Made by a program: the position numbers and the translations under genes
The notes under the pieces: model-generated
What the model was told of the DNA's origin: nothing
The model's input: only the letters and a program-made list of their open reading frames with translations
Databases searched by the model: none
In this document: positions 1-14,100 of the stretch, piece after piece
How positions within the stretch are numbered: the first letter of the stretch is position 1
Layout: each line of letters opens with the position of its first letter
NCBI GenBank assembly: GCA_043228905.1
Contig: JBHGNT010000012.1
Coordinates: forward strand, 4,278,001 to 4,342,000
Length of the DNA stretch: 64,000 nt
Source of the DNA: Azolla caroliniana
Lineage: Eukaryota; Plantae; Polypodiophyta
Reading direction: 5' to 3'

Positions 1-1430
1 CTGAGTTCAAATCCGTGGCAACCCCGCTCAATCGCAACCTCAAACTAGATGCGAACTCTGGCACCAAAGCGTGTGAGCCGATTCAGTATCGGCAACTCAT
101 CAAGAGTCTCATCTACCTCACGATCACACGACCCGATCTCAGTTATCCGATCGGTCTCCTTAGCCAATTCATGCAAACACTGCGTGATACTCACTTGGAT
201 TGTGCTAAGCGAGTTCTATGCTACGTGAGAGACACAATGGATTGCGGCATCCTCTACAAGAACGCGGTGCCAATACGACTCGAGGGGTACACAAACGCCG
301 ATTGGGCTGGCTACAAAGCTGATAGAAGATCAACCTCTAGATTTGTTTTCTCCCTCGACAGTAGAGCAATATCCTGGAGTAGCAAGAAGCAGCCTATCGT
401 CGCTCTTTCGAGTACGGAGGCGGAATACAGGGGTGCAGCCGTAGCTGCGTGTGAAGCCGTATGGCTCAAGAGGATTTTGAAGGATCTGGGCGTACCCATC
501 AAGGATTCGACTTCCCTTTACTGCAACAACATGAGCAATATCTATTTGGCTCGGAACCCGGTGTTCCACACGCGGACAAAGCACATCGAACTTCACTATC
601 ACTTCATCCGAGAGCACGTTCTGGCTGGTGATGTCGACCTACAACACATTAGCACCAATCTTCAAACGGCCGACATCTTCACTAAAGCCTTAGGAGCCGA
701 CAAGCTATGGCAATTCATGACCGATCTCGGATTGACGATCCCTGACCTGGCAAGCTTGAGGGGGAGTACTAAAGACACTAGGCAATAACCGCGCACTACG
801 CAATAACGTGTGGATTCCGCAACCACGCAACAAAGTAGCGAAGAGCCGATCTACCGTGCAAAGCCGCAAAGAAAGACGCAAGCCGAAGCACAAACTTCGC
901 AACTACGCACAACACAAGCTGGAGCACGGATTCCGCAACTCCGCATAAAGCGAGTCGACACAGACTCCAGAACGCGAGTTGAAGCGGATTTCGGATACCG
1001 TTTGAAACCGACCCGACTTGAGCTTGAGGGGGCGTGTTGAGAATCAAGCTCAACTTGGTCTAGTCTGTGAACTCACCTTGAGAGTGAAGAGACACACCAA
1101 CGGTCAAGAGTCGCCATTATGTCACCACTTTGTATTCTAGCATTTAGTATGAGTCATAGAATCATATTCTATGACACATAACTTATGAGCTTTCACATTC
1201 CCCATGCTCCATGAGTCTTGTAGTTAATGAAGAGAGAGGGTGACTACATAAAGCACCCTCCTCCCACCTTGTATAATGTTGTGTCTTTCTCCTTTGTTAA
1301 TATACTTAACCTTGCGTATACTCTGTGTCTCTTTCTCTCTCTCTCTCTCTCTATCTCATACACACACACACACACACACACAGATCACACCTATTCCGCT
1401 TCACAAGAATCCATCTCTTGATTCTTTACA
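1..1430 (+). mobile_element. Ty1/Copia LTR retrotransposon, 3' part (end of RT, RNase H, PPT, 3' LTR); same family as the element at 38959-54666
   Basis: ORF 15-788 has Copia RT/RNase H motifs (ADWAG..DRRSTS, WSSKKQ..VALSSTEAEY, RTKHIELHYHFIRE, ADIFTKAL). PPT AGCTTGAGGGGGCG at 1021-1034 is followed by an LTR TGTTGAGAATC...TTCTTTACA at 1035-1430. Confidence 0.92.
1035..1430 (+). repeat. Copia 3' LTR
   Basis: TG...CA termini. Directly follows the PPT. Clearly similar to the LTRs at 38959-39419 and 54204-54666. Confidence 0.88.
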
Positions 1431-3599
1431 GTATGGAACGGTCTTTTGGTTCCAGATCCCTTTGTCGGTTAAGTACTATTTGAAGGCTTGGGAGGTGTAT
1501 TCACCTCCGTTGTCAGAGCAGAGTGTCTTCACTCTGTATCCTGATCAGTTCTCTATTCAGCTATCCACCGAGTGAAGACCTCGAGCGCATTGTCTTTCGA
1601 CCTAATCGAGTAGGCCCATACCTTTTGTGTACAATCATCTACGAATGTGATGAAATACTGGGAACCTCTTAGTGATCGTTCAGACATAGGGGCACATATA
1701 TCTGTTTGCACGAGCTCTAGAGGTTGTCGTACCGTCTCATAGTGGAGAGGGTACGGACTTCGGGTCTGTTTCCCGTAATGACAATGCTCGCAAAAGTCGG
1801 TCTTTGTCTAAAGCTTCGGAATGTAGCCGATCTCCATTAGCAGATCTAGTCTAGCTTGAGACATATGGCTGAGTTGGCCATGCCATAGTTTTGGATCCTA
1901 CAATTCGGCTATGTTCACTTCCCCTTCTGGACTGATCACAATCAATGGATACAATTTATTGTACTTATATCCATTTCTGATTTTTAGATTTCCTCGACTG
2001 ATCATCCATGTCAACTCACTGAGAGTTGTTCGGTACCCGTCTTCGGCTAACATGCCGATGGAGACCAGACTCCTTTTGAGCTCAGGTATGTGCCAGACTT
2101 GGTGCAAGGGATCGTATTTTTGTTCTACAATTGGATGGGGACCTCTTCGATCCCTGTGATAGTGCACTCATGCCCATTGCCTAGTTGGACTGTGCCATTG
2201 GCGCCAACCAAATAGTTCGAAAACCATTTGATATTCAAGGTCACGTGAAATGTAGCACTAAAGTCCAGTAGCCATGTTTGTGTGTCTTACACACTGTGTA
2301 GGACTTCTCCGATTATCGAGTCCTCAAGAGAGAGGATTTCTCCTGATTGAGAGTCGACAACATTGATTAGGTTCACAAGTAGAGAGCAGTTCTAGTCGGG
2401 TCATCCCGAGTTCTGCTCGAATTGTCGACCGCTTTCCTTCCTCTTGATCGACCAATAGTCGGAAATGTTGTGACCAACTTTTCTGCAATGAGTGCAGAAA
2501 TCACCTAGTTGGCTATTTCTCGATTTCAACCGTTGTCGGTCTCCCCTCTTTCTCAGCGGACTAGAGTTTGGACCGGTTCTTTCGACTTGTTCTCTCGATC
2601 AATTGAATCTGTCGATCAACTTGGTCGAATGGTGGGCTTTTGTCGAATGTCCTTTGTGAGGAGTCAATTCTTGGCCAATTGTCTCGTCTAGGTTCAACCT
2701 AGGGCAACTGTTGGCGAAAGTTGTATAGAATATCTCCCAACTCGCCGGTAAGCTCGAAAGGAGGGTAAGAGCCTTAACTTCTTCTTTGAAGTTGATCCCT
2801 TGGGAGGAGAGTTCAGACAAAACCTGACTAAAAGTGTTGATGTGGGAGGTTGTTGGATCTATCTCATTCATCTTCATGTTGAATAATTGTCGGATCAGTA
2901 TCAACTTTGAAGAGGAGGACTTCTTCTCATATACAACTTGTAACTTCTCTACAACAAGAATGTTGTTGTCTCCTTACCCATGTTGAAGCAGATGTTTTTG
3001 GCCAGGTGCATCTGAATGGTGGAGGGTGTGATTTCATCTATGGATCTCCACTCTTTAGCGAACATTGAAGCAGGCTTTTCGTTGTGCTAGTTGGCTTCAA
3101 CTTGTCTTCGAATGATCAACACATCTTGCATCATCTCCTTCCATAGGGGAAAAGTTTTTGCCGTCGAACTTTCGGATTTCAACTCCTGTACTAGATGTTG
3201 AGGCCATGTTCTTTTGGAAGTGAGATTTACTTAGTCTTTTTTTTTCAGCTAGAAGGTTTCTCTTCTTGGTCTTTTTCTGCCTTTCGTTGCCGTTGAACAA
3301 CAACCTCGCTTTGATACCAATTGAAGGTGGATATGCGCGGAAGAATATATGAGGACTTGTTGTAGGATGTACAACAAACGACACAGATATACAACAAGAG
3401 GAGAAACAATAAACGAGACTTTGATTCTAAGCTTCAATGGAACAAATTCTTCTTCTTCTTCTTTGTAACTCTTATGCTCTAAGACTCAAGAGAATCAACG
3501 TTACAATGTTAGGGTTGAGTTTATATACTCAAACCCTAACTCCAAGACGTGTTCACACTAAAGATACAAATTGGAAGGAGTCGTCCTTTTATGCCAACA
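1431..3599 (-). mobile_element. Degenerate Copia element (5' LTR, PBS, gag, protease, integrase), cut at 1430 by the insertion of the first Copia
   Basis: Minus-strand LTR about 3599-3322 (TGTTGG...TTCA) and PBS TGGTATCAAAGC at 3319-3308. Gag pieces MASTSSTGVEIRKFDGKNF and LIRQLFNMKM..LLSSLPASWE. Pol piece VWHIPELKRSLVSIGML. Integrase GIWNQKTVPY abuts 1431. Many stops and frameshifts. Confidence 0.8.
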
Positions 3600-5724
3600 A
3601 GAGGATCACAAAAGACAAAGACAAGGGACTTCATGGACACATATCATATGATGCGACGGTTTTGTAGCATGGTGTGAACAAGTACTAAAGCGATATAAAC
3701 TATAATTGTGAGCAGATGGGTGTTGATCAGATGATAGGGAATAAAAGTTGGCACATGCAAATTAAGTTGTAAACTATTGTAAATATTAATGTCTATTCAC
3801 ACTTAAGCTAGAGAGGGAGAGAAAAAAGAGAGCACATGCACACTTTAAAGCACTCGACCTAACTCAAGCTAACGGGAAGAAAATAAATAGAGGCCCTTAG
3901 GAGTGCTAAAGGGGGGAATCTTATCATCATCAGCTTTTGGGTTCTAACATGTCATAATCGAGGTTCCTCTAATTGACATGATGATCAATCTGCTTTTATT
4001 CATTGGGTTGATTATAATCCTACAATTCTTCTTATAAGCAACAACTCTAGCACTATTTAACAAACTATTTTTTCTTAAATCATCTATGTTATCCCTAACA
4101 AACATTATCGAAACCTTTGGATTCTTACACAATTATTGTGTCTAAACTCAAGCCTTTCTTGATTCAGCAATATCTTCATAAAAGCCCCAAAGGTTCCACC
4201 AAAGCGCGCAATATTCATCACAACGTCAAAAGACATTATGTGGATTGGCATCTTCTCATGTGTATTTCCCGTAGTATGGCTAATTGTTGTTGGGCATGTA
4301 GGATCATTGCAAGTGGCCATCATCACACGTGTAGGAATGATGTTGATACGAAAAACAGGAACTCGGCCACAACCGAGTCGAATGCGAAATAGGGAATCAA
4401 GCAGAATCGAGAGAAATCAAAATGAAATAGAGGTGCACAAGATATATCGTGGAAAACCCCAAATAGGGTAAAAAACCACGTTGGGTGCCCGCCCACAAGA
4501 TATATCTTCCGACTATTTAGGAGGATGTGTTCTTCTCTGATTCCCAGTCGACAATAGTCTTCTCTTTCATGAAGACTATGTCTCTGCTCCGAACGACCTT
4601 CTTGTCGACTAAGTCCCATAGTCGGTAACTGAATTCGTCATCGCCGTATCTAAGGAATATGCATGGCCGAGTTTTCGGGTCTAGTTTTCCCCATTTGTCC
4701 TTCACGATATGCACATAGGCAAGACAACCGAACACCTTCAGATGCCGGTATGAAACGTCCTTGCCGGTCCACACTCTTTGTGGGATGTCCCGTCCAAGGG
4801 TGCTGAGGGTGATTTGTTTATCACGTACACCTTTGTCATCAGTGCCACAGCTTGGACAACTTAGCATGTGCGAGCATACTTCAGACTCTCTTCGTGATGG
4901 TCTGGTTCATTCTCTTGGCCAGTCTGTTCAGATCTGGCGTCTTCGGCATGTTATACTCAAGTCAAATACCCTTCAAACGACAATATTGTTCGAACTGTCC
5001 TCGGTATTCTCCACCATTGTCGGCTAGAACCACTTTCAGTTGTTGACCGGTCTCTCATTCGACTCTAGCATGAAGCTCCTTGAAGACGAACAATACTTGG
5101 TCCTTCGTCTTCAGTGTGGAGACCCACAGCTTCCGGCTGTGGTCATCTATGAAGGTCACAAAGTACTATGATCCGGCATGTGACTTCGTGTCCACGGAGC
5201 ATACATAGGTATGCATGAGTTCAAGTGGTGCCTTCCTTCTTGTCGGTGGTCTCGACCGGAAAGAGGTTCTATTTTGCTTGCTAGCCAAGCAATCAATGCA
5301 CTTCTCAAGTTGCATGTTCTTCACCTCCAGAATGAGGTTGTCATCGGCAAGTCTTCACACCCCCCTCTGGCTCATGTGACACAACCTCTTGTGCCACAGC
5401 TCACCAGTTGTGTCAGCTGCGACATTTTCTTCCAACCGACATATCTGAGCATGCATCAGATATTGAGTGTTGGCCTTCTTAGGTCAGGCCACAATCAGGC
5501 TCCCTTTGCTGAACTTCATGACTCCGTTTCGGATGTTACCCTAGTAGCCTTCATCATCTAGCTGACCAGCTGATATAAGGTTCAATCGAATCTCCGGAAC
5601 ATGTCAAACATCTTTTAGTATTAGTCAACACCCAATCGACATTACCAGACACACATCTCCGATGCCGACAATTGGCATGCACCTTCATTTCCCATCCTTA
5701 CAAGGTTGTGGTCTCCTGTCTTAT

Positions 5725-5921
5725 TGTCGAATACGAGTGTATAATGGCCGTATTCACACTATCCCTTTGGACAGCCCAAGTTTGGGCTATTTCTGTAAAT
5801 AGCATAAAGGGCAGTTGCCCTAGGATAGTCACTATATAAAGAGACTTTGTAACCTTTAGTGAAGAAAAGGGGGTTGTCGTTTGTAATTGTTGCTACTAAG
5901 AAATAAAACGTTTCTTTGTGC

Positions 5922-5953
<32 letters not shown>

Positions 5954-6032
5954 CTTGTTCATTCTCATACACAGGTCCTTCAACATCACAGATGTTGTTT
6001 GTTCTTCCGCACTGACGAGCTTGTCCCCAACA
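5725..6032 (+). mobile_element. Solo LTR (308 bp)
   Basis: TG...CA termini with a 5-bp TSD CTTAT at 5720-5724 and 6033-6037. TATA-like TATATAAA and a CT microsatellite inside. It interrupts the protease region of the host Copia. Confidence 0.85.
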
Positions 6033-6360
6033 CTTATAGGATGAGAAGCACTTCTTGTCGGGGGTCAGGTGGAATGACGCACCCGAATCGACCACCCATG
6101 TCGATTAATCGCCGACAAGGTTCACTTCATTTTGCTCACTGATGAGCAACAACTCCTCCTCACTTGTCGCTATTGCCAACGTCCCCTTTCGGTCTGAACT
6201 CTTCTTTCAGTCAACTGCATTGTCAGCTCCCATTTTCTCCTTTCGGAAGTGTTGGCAATTCTTCTAGAAGTGCCCTCACTTCCCACATTAGAAGCACATG
6301 GGCCTCCCCCTTGACTTTGACCTTGTCTCTGACTTCTCTCGATTCTGGGGACTCCTGTTT

Positions 6361-6759
6361 TGTTGGGAGACAGATCCCTCCGGATGGATAGGGAGAAGAA
6401 CAGTGTTGATGAACAAACTCGGCCGAGGCCGAAACCGGATGAGGAGTACCCGGCTACGGAGAGCCGGATGGTGCAGGTCCGGTGAGAACCGGATGAGGAG
6501 TACCCGGCTACGGAGAGCCGGATGGTGCAGACCCGGTGAGAACCGGATGAGGAATACTCGGCTACGGAGAGCCGGATGGTGCAGACCCGGTGAGAACCGG
6601 ATGAGGAGACATATTCGTAAATATGTTTCTGAGGGTCCATCATGGCTATATTTGTAAATAGCCGAAAAGTCATATTAGTATAAATATGACTTAGGGCAAA
6701 CTTTTAGTGTGTGTGTTATTCTTGTTGGTGCAAGAACAGAGAGAGTGTGCGTAACCGTG

Positions 6760-6804
<45 letters not shown>

Positions 6805-7071
6805 CGTTGCCTCTGCTGTAACCGCCGCCTGTGGCGAGGATCGTGAGCACGAGGTCATTGCCTCCGTGAACTCACTGTTGTACATTCTAACATAATGATA
6901 GTTTGCTGCCTGTGGGCTGCCGTGGTTTTTCCCTTAGTTTGGGTTTTCCACGTAAACATCCTGCGTACTCTTCTCTTCTTCGTGTCGTGCTTTATTTCCC
7001 GTTTTCTGTGTATGATTCTAAGCTCGGTTGTGGCCGAGCGTTGTGTATAAGGAGCGTTTTAGTTCCTGTCA
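6361..7071 (+). mobile_element. Solo LTR (711 bp) with internal 54-bp tandem repeats
   Basis: TG...CA termini with a 5-bp TSD TGTTT at 6356-6360 and 7072-7076. It interrupts host gag. Confidence 0.85.
6430..6608. repeat. 54-bp tandem repeat, about 3.3 copies, inside the solo LTR
   Basis: Unit GAGAACCGGATGAGGAGTACCCGGCTACGGAGAGCCGGATGGTGCAGACCCGGT repeated head to tail. Confidence 0.9.
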
Positions 7072-9890
7072 TGTTTCGACCTCTCCCTCTATGTGTATCA
7101 CTTTCCGTGAGTAGGGCCTTTGGGTCGGAAATTGCCTCCTTGTCCTTCCAACGAGCTTCCTCATCCAACAAGCTTGATTTTACTCTTGCCAAGGATAAAT
7201 GCTTCCCTTCTGGTCCGACATTGCCTAGTGTAACAACCAACGTCTCCCAGATATCCGGAAGGGATCCGAGCAAGAACAATGTCAGTACCTCGTTGGCTAG
7301 AGGTACTTCGAGCGAGGTAGTCTGGTTTATTAGCTCTTGGAAGGTGTTCATATGCTCTGCCATACTTGCGCCATCCTGATACCTAAGACTCACTATTTTC
7401 CGGAATACTGAGTCTTGATTCACGACATTCTTGTTTTCTAACATGATACCGATCTTCTCCCAAAGGATGTTAACCTTGTTCTCCTCATTGAAGTTGTTGT
7501 ATAGGCTCATGTCGATAAAGCATCTTATGTATGCAATTGTCTTCATGTGCATTACCTCCCATGTTGATGCATCAATCTTGTCTGGTCTTTTGTCTCCAAA
7601 CTGTACCGGCAATTAGAGGTCTTTAACCACCAACATGTCCCTCATCTTCGACTTCCACACAGAATAGTTGGAGCCAGTGAGCTTGAACATACCCCCAAAT
7701 GAATCTTCCATTTTTCTATGCTCTGATACCAATTTGATACGAAAAACAGGATCTCGGCCACAACCGATTCGAGCGTGGAATAGGGAATCAAGCATAATCG
7801 AGAGAAATCAAAACAAAATAGAGGTGCACAAGATATATGGGGGAAAACCCCAAATAGGGTAAAAAACCACGGGTGCCCATAGATACCAAACAAATCACTA
7901 TAAGAGAGGTGTACAACAACAAGAACACACAGGCACCAACTTGAGTTCGTTCACTTCGCCGATTGGTAGTTACAACTGAGGCTCTCTCACACTCACATGC
8001 TTTGTTTGTTCTGGCTATGGAGGCAACGACCTCGCATACACGTACTCAGTTACGCTCTACTACACACTAAACAGGATGACTCAACGTTTCATAAAGATTG
8101 CCCTAGTTATCGTTATACTTTCGGGCTATTTACATAACTAGCCTTAACAGGCTCGACTAGAGAAAACTATTTACATTTTCCTTTGTCCTAAATTCGGCCC
8201 ATCCAAAAGGGACTAATTCTCAAAAGTTCTTAATGTAAGTAGTTGTCTCGTGTGCCATTGATAGGTGAGGGGTGTTTGACAACATCGTAAGGAGGGTGGT
8301 CCTTGTCTTGATCATAATTCTACATGGTTGGGGCATGATAACACATCGATCCACAATGTGATTGCTTGCTCAACAAAGCACACTTCAAGGAAGGGTGGTT
8401 TTGTAGTAGGCTATCATTATCAATAGGGATAGTAGAATTGCCATGTTTGCACAACCAACATTATGGTCATTCACTACAATAAGAGCAATTCATTGTGTTC
8501 ATCAAGTGTCACTTCCACAATATAGAGTACTTTCTTGTTGACTCACAACATCCTCTACAAGGCATTCTGAATAATGTTCTAACACAACATCACGCCCTCC
8601 CTGATCCAGGTCCCTCTAGACCTATTTGAGTAGCAATGTACGTGTATGTATGAATGAAAGAAAAGAAAATGAACAAAAGAAAGAAAAGAGAGAGAAAATA
8701 TGATATGTATGTATGCCATGTGCGTATGCATGCATGTATTTGTATTTGTGGACTTGGCTTGACACAACCTTGGTCTATCACCACCATTACCACCACCTAG
8801 GTATATATACACAAGGAGACATCTTAACATACATACTAATTTGTTAGGAATTCAAGCATGTTGTTGGTAACAACATGAATAATTTGCTAGCCAACACTAA
8901 ACTAGTCATTGCATGTATGAGTAGGACCATAAGCCAAACGCAATCACAACACTACATAAAGAAGTGCCTAGGATGTTGGATGTTTCTCCTTGCACACGTG
9001 TGCGCACACACACACACACACACACATATACACTCATTCGATGCACACAATATCAATAACTCATAATACATTTAACCTCGCTTAACTCATAATAACAAAG
9101 TAGTCAAGAAAACTCATGCAAAAGTTGGTGACGTCATTGGCAACAACATTTTGCTCATCACCAGAATAGTGAAGGGGCTTTGTTTCTAAACCAATGAAGA
9201 CAATAATCCTGACAAATCCTGCGAAAATTGGAGGGATCCTTCATGGCACACCACCCGGGAAACTCGTGTCATGTTGAGATTATTGTATGACCTAGTCTCT
9301 CCATATGTACAAGACAACATAAAGCATGCATGGAATAATACAAGAGAGGCGGAACTTCCGTAACAGAGCCTTCGAATGTCAAAAACTCTCGTCAGCAAAG
9401 CGGATGTGGGGTGGACATTATTGCATCGGATTGTGATCCCGATCAAAGAGTGTTTGTATGTTCCGAATGCGGCCCCGCGGAAGAGTATTATTATTGTTTG
9501 TGAGGAGAGATAGATGCATAGTGTGAAACCACACATCAGTAGGAGGCAGAGTATTTGTTCTGTTTCCTTGAGCCTCAAGGCAAAGGTCTGTCCCTGGGTC
9601 CTCCTTTTTTTCTTCTTCTTGTTTTCCTCTGGTAACGAAATCGAAGGAAGGGAAAGGCAAATTCGAGGTTAGTCTCCCCCCCCCCCCCCTCCCCCATGTT
9701 TTTCATCTATCTCTAGACATTGTTCTCTGCATCATCTGTTGCAAAGTAAATGGGTATGGAACACTTTGTTCTTGAGATGAGCTCATCTGAAAGAATGTAT
9801 ATATACATGTATATGTGTGTATGTATAATGTATTGCAAGGATGGATATGGAACTATTTTTTTCTTGAGATGAATTCACCTGATAGACTGC

Positions 9891-9936
<46 letters not shown>

Positions 9937-10767
9937 ACCGTCTATTGCTAGAAAATGAATTCCTGGGGTAGTCTCTATATATATGTATAGATGTATATAA
10001 TTAGTCTATTGCTTGAAAATGGAAATGGAACTATTTGATGTTGAGATGAATTCACCATATAGACTGCATGTGTGTGTATGTGTACACTCTGTTGCTAAAA
10101 AATGGATATGGAACTCTTTGTTACTGAGATATAAATACATCTGATAGTCTGTGTATATGTATATGTGTGTATATGTGTACACTCTGTTGCTAGAAAATGG
10201 ATATGGAACTCTTTGTTATTGAGATATAAATACATCTGATAGTCTATGAAAACCATGAAACAATGAATGAAACCTTAAGGCTAAGAATTTCTACTTTGCT
10301 TTCTTATATCAATTAAGAATTTCTTATGCACGGACTGGAATGGAACATTTCTCTCCTTTTTTTTCTGGATGTAAATCTATATGAGTGAACCACTTTTTCA
10401 ATCTTTCGATTCTTTCGCATCTGAATCCGTATGTTTCTGATTGTTTACAGGAGGTTTTTGTGGAATTAGTGTCATTCAATGAACAGAACATCAAATAATA
10501 CATTCAATCGTAAAATACATAAACCATTCTTAAAAGTCATACCAAAGAAACAAAGGAACAAACATTTTCGCTTTTTTTTTCCGTTGCATCTGAATGCGTT
10601 GATCAACAGTTTATACAAGAGTTTTATGTGTGAAAGGCGTCAACTGTTTGTTTTCATCTATCTTTGAATTTTGCTTTCGCTTGTTTTGCATTTATAGGAT
10701 TTGGCCAGTCAAGAAATTGTTGATTTCAAGGAGTTGATAAGTGTTCTTATGATCTATTATGATAGAT

Positions 10768-11184
10768 ATGGCCACAAGTAACTCTGATGTGCCAACATCT
10801 GTAGCACATGCTCCATTGTCAACATCAACATCAACATCAACACCACCATCAGCACCATCTCATAATTCATGCCGAACAAAGAAAACCGAAGGTGCTTCTT
10901 TCATACAAGACATCAGGGATCATTTCGATGAATTCGTACATGCTTCCATGGATGAACATAAAGCTTGCTTCAAAAACACACTTAACAAGGTAAACCATGA
11001 ATTTTGTTTGCAAATAGGCTTCTTGGTTGTGCATAAGATCCTTGATTGAATGAAGTGACATTCTAAAATGGGTCTTTTGCAGTTATTTAAAACTTCTAAG
11101 GATGCCCCAAACGTTGTTGCCGCATCACCACCAGTTGAAAGTGTTTTACCATTAAACTCAACATCGTCATCATCTTCTTCATAG
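10768..11184 (+). CDS. Small conserved plant protein of unknown function; exons 10768-10989 and 11083-11184 (alternative upstream ATG at 10759)
   Basis: The motifs CRTKK..ASFIQDIRDHFDEFVHASMDEHKACFKNT and VESVLPL resemble a conserved family of small land-plant proteins. The GT-AG intron 10990-11082 keeps frame to the TAG at 11182-11184. Confidence 0.8.
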
Positions 11185-14100
11185 GTCAACGCTGATCTCC
11201 AAAACAGATATCCGTTGTGTGTATAACTTAGACATGGATACATGTATTTGAGCAATTTCCGAAGTGTTTTTTATGTCATAATTAAATCAAATGTTTAACA
11301 ATAGTCCAAAGATTTGCTATATTATTCGGTTCAACTTTGATGTATGGAGAGAATGTGAAAAAGTGAGCAATTAGTAGTCATTTTCTTAAGACAATGGCTC
11401 GATGTTCAAGTAGTCATTTTCAGAAGACAATGGCTCAAGATTCCAAAGAGTTTTGATATATTTTTCAAAAAGACATTTATAAATGTGATTTGCAATATGG
11501 TCTGAAAGTAAATCAGCTAGCAATAAAATGGAGGCAACAGTTGGCAAGGTCATCCTTATACTTGAGGCTAATTTATAAGCGTACAAAACAACCAAGGTCT
11601 GAATTGTATAAACTAATGTAAATACATTTGAAAATATATAAATACATAGAACTTCTAAGCTCCACTCGCAAAGTTCACATATATTCAGTGAGGCTGGAGG
11701 TGTGGAGCAGAAATTGGAACCCAAGTCGTTGGCTCATATCTTTTTGATAATAGAGTTAGAATAAAAGTTCCCCTAAGAAGGTTGATTTTTTGCTCCATTT
11801 TTAGGAGGAAAGAATTTGGAGTTATATGGTATGGATAACGCAAGTGGTGGAATAACCAAGTGAAACATGATGCACATTCATCAAGTTTGAACGTAACATG
11901 AATGTAATATTAAGGTGATTTATTTGTGTGAATCCCAGTATATTTACCACGTTCTGACTAGCTACAATAATACTTTCATTGCAGACCACTTCTATCTTGA
12001 TGCATAATTAGCTTGCCCCTCTCTCCATGATTTATATGGTGTTGGGAATCAAATGATTATGGTTTAATAGACCAGTTTCCACTACATGATGGAATTGCAA
12101 ATTATTCTCTCTATATGCTAGCGAATTGCATTTTTAGTAGTAACAAATTGCATATTGTATGTATCTTTTCCATGGGTACATCAGATATGCATGTTATTTT
12201 TATGGTTGCAACTTCATATGTAATTCTGGAAGTTTGTTATGGTATAAAATGCATGAAATATGAAATTGGCTTGAACATATCCTCAAACTCAGCATGAGGT
12301 TGTTCTTTCGCAAAATTTTAAGAACTTATATGTGTCTTATATGAAGAGTATCTCCATTGGAAAGGAATTGTTGAAAGACATGAGATCCTTGTAAAGGGTA
12401 GCAATCTTCGAACAACAACTCTCATCGTGATAGAAGATGCATGCTAACTCCATGTTGTTATAGAGAAGGTGATTCTCTCCTAGCAACGTGTTGCCTAGGC
12501 TGAAGAGAGACTCAAGGCCACCATAACTTGCCTTGTTAGGAGACCCAATTGGTAGTTGGCACCAAGTACATCATGCATCATGGTATTCAAAGAGAGACAC
12601 CAGATACAAATCTACAGAATCAAGAAGGCTATAACTATGTTGATTCTTGTCCCATTTTACATTACGGAATTACATAAATGTCTAGGTGATTAAGTATTGC
12701 CATTACATACTATAGTTCCATTCCTTGTATGTTCGACCATTCTTGCCTCTATGACCTACGTCGTTCTCAAGGTTCATCTAACAAACATGTGTCTAGCACT
12801 AACAAAATGGGGTAGCTTCCACCCTTAGTTCAATATATAATCGATTCATGTTACTCACATTCATAGGAGCATAGTTGGTTGAAGTGCGGTTGGCCGAAGT
12901 AAACGTCCTTGTGATGGCACTACCCGTTATAGCCCATGACAATTCTGAAGGACTAGATCACTTTGTTAAAGATGTGCATATCAAGTAATCTTATGAATGC
13001 ACTAACAAAGCCTCTCTCTACGACCCACTTCAAACACTAATTGTGGGTTGATGTAGAACAAGGACGCCCCAATTCATGGTTGACATAAGACGAAGGATCC
13101 TTAGATCACAAGTTGACACTAGATTGAGGATCACAAGTCACGGATTGATGCTAGATCGAGGATCGTGCATCATAGGTTGATGTTAGATCATCAATCAAGG
13201 ATCATATAACGGTTAGTCAACACATCAAGGAGCACACTACATGGGTCAACACATATCACAGATCAATTGTCTTGACCGTCTATTAGACGTCGATACAAGA
13301 TTGTTGTACATAATACACAAGGGGTGAAAGCCAATTAAATCAACTTGGTGCAAATCTTCCAAGTCTTTGAGGAACTAATAAAATCAAGGATCAAACCACA
13401 CGGATCAACACATATCAAGGATTACACCATTCCGGTCAACACATATCACGGCTCAATGGTCTCGACCACGTGTTAGACTTTGGTGCAAAGATTGTTGTAT
13501 ATAATACACACAAAGGGAAAAAGCCAATTAAGTCAACCTAGTGCAAACCTTCCAAGTATTTGAGGGACCAATATGTGGCACTAAATGGAGTAACCTTGGT
13601 TTTGGTGATTACATAAATCTTAAAAATATTTATATCATGCTTTTTGTAGATGGATTCACCCCATATGAATCACCTTCTATTCATGGCTCTACTACTGTAT
13701 AGGATATTGCCGAACTTTGAGTCAAGGAGTAATGCAATGAAATCTTCTCTTGACTCAAGTATAGTTTGCCTTCTAACATGTGCATTGGATGACACAACAA
13801 TCATGCTTTGCCTAGACAATAATCCTTCATTAAGTTGTGAAAGAATGACATGAACTTCCAATGTAATGGCAACCCTCTAGACAAATAATATTTGTACCAT
13901 GTTTAAAATACCCCCTCTCTAATAAATAGGATCCCAAGATGATGTTAGAATATTTCCCATTATGATCTAAAATTACAACCTTATATATTATACTTACCTC
14001 ACTTAGCAGTTGGCAAGAATGCAAGGGGTTGGCATCGCATGTCATGCATCTAAACGAAACATGTAAGAGTCAATATGTCAACGATTTTTCCATATTCAAT

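Larger units (their letters stand above)
4344..8222 (-). mobile_element. Internally deleted Copia element carrying two solo-LTR insertions
   Basis: 5' LTR from about 8222 to 7735, and PBS TGGTATCAGAGC at 7731-7720. Gag (FKLTGSNYSVWK; LLGSLPDIWE), protease (MVDSGASFHLT) and integrase (HLKVFGCLAYVH..KLDPKTRPCIF) follow. The integrase joins directly onto the last ~145 bp of the 3' LTR (4344-4490, matching 7735-7880). The outer end near 8222 is approximate and no TSD was confirmed. Confidence 0.8.

Noticed and set aside
6430-6608. CRISPR-like array
   Set aside because: The units are contiguous tandem repeats without unique spacers, inside a solo LTR, with no cas genes nearby.
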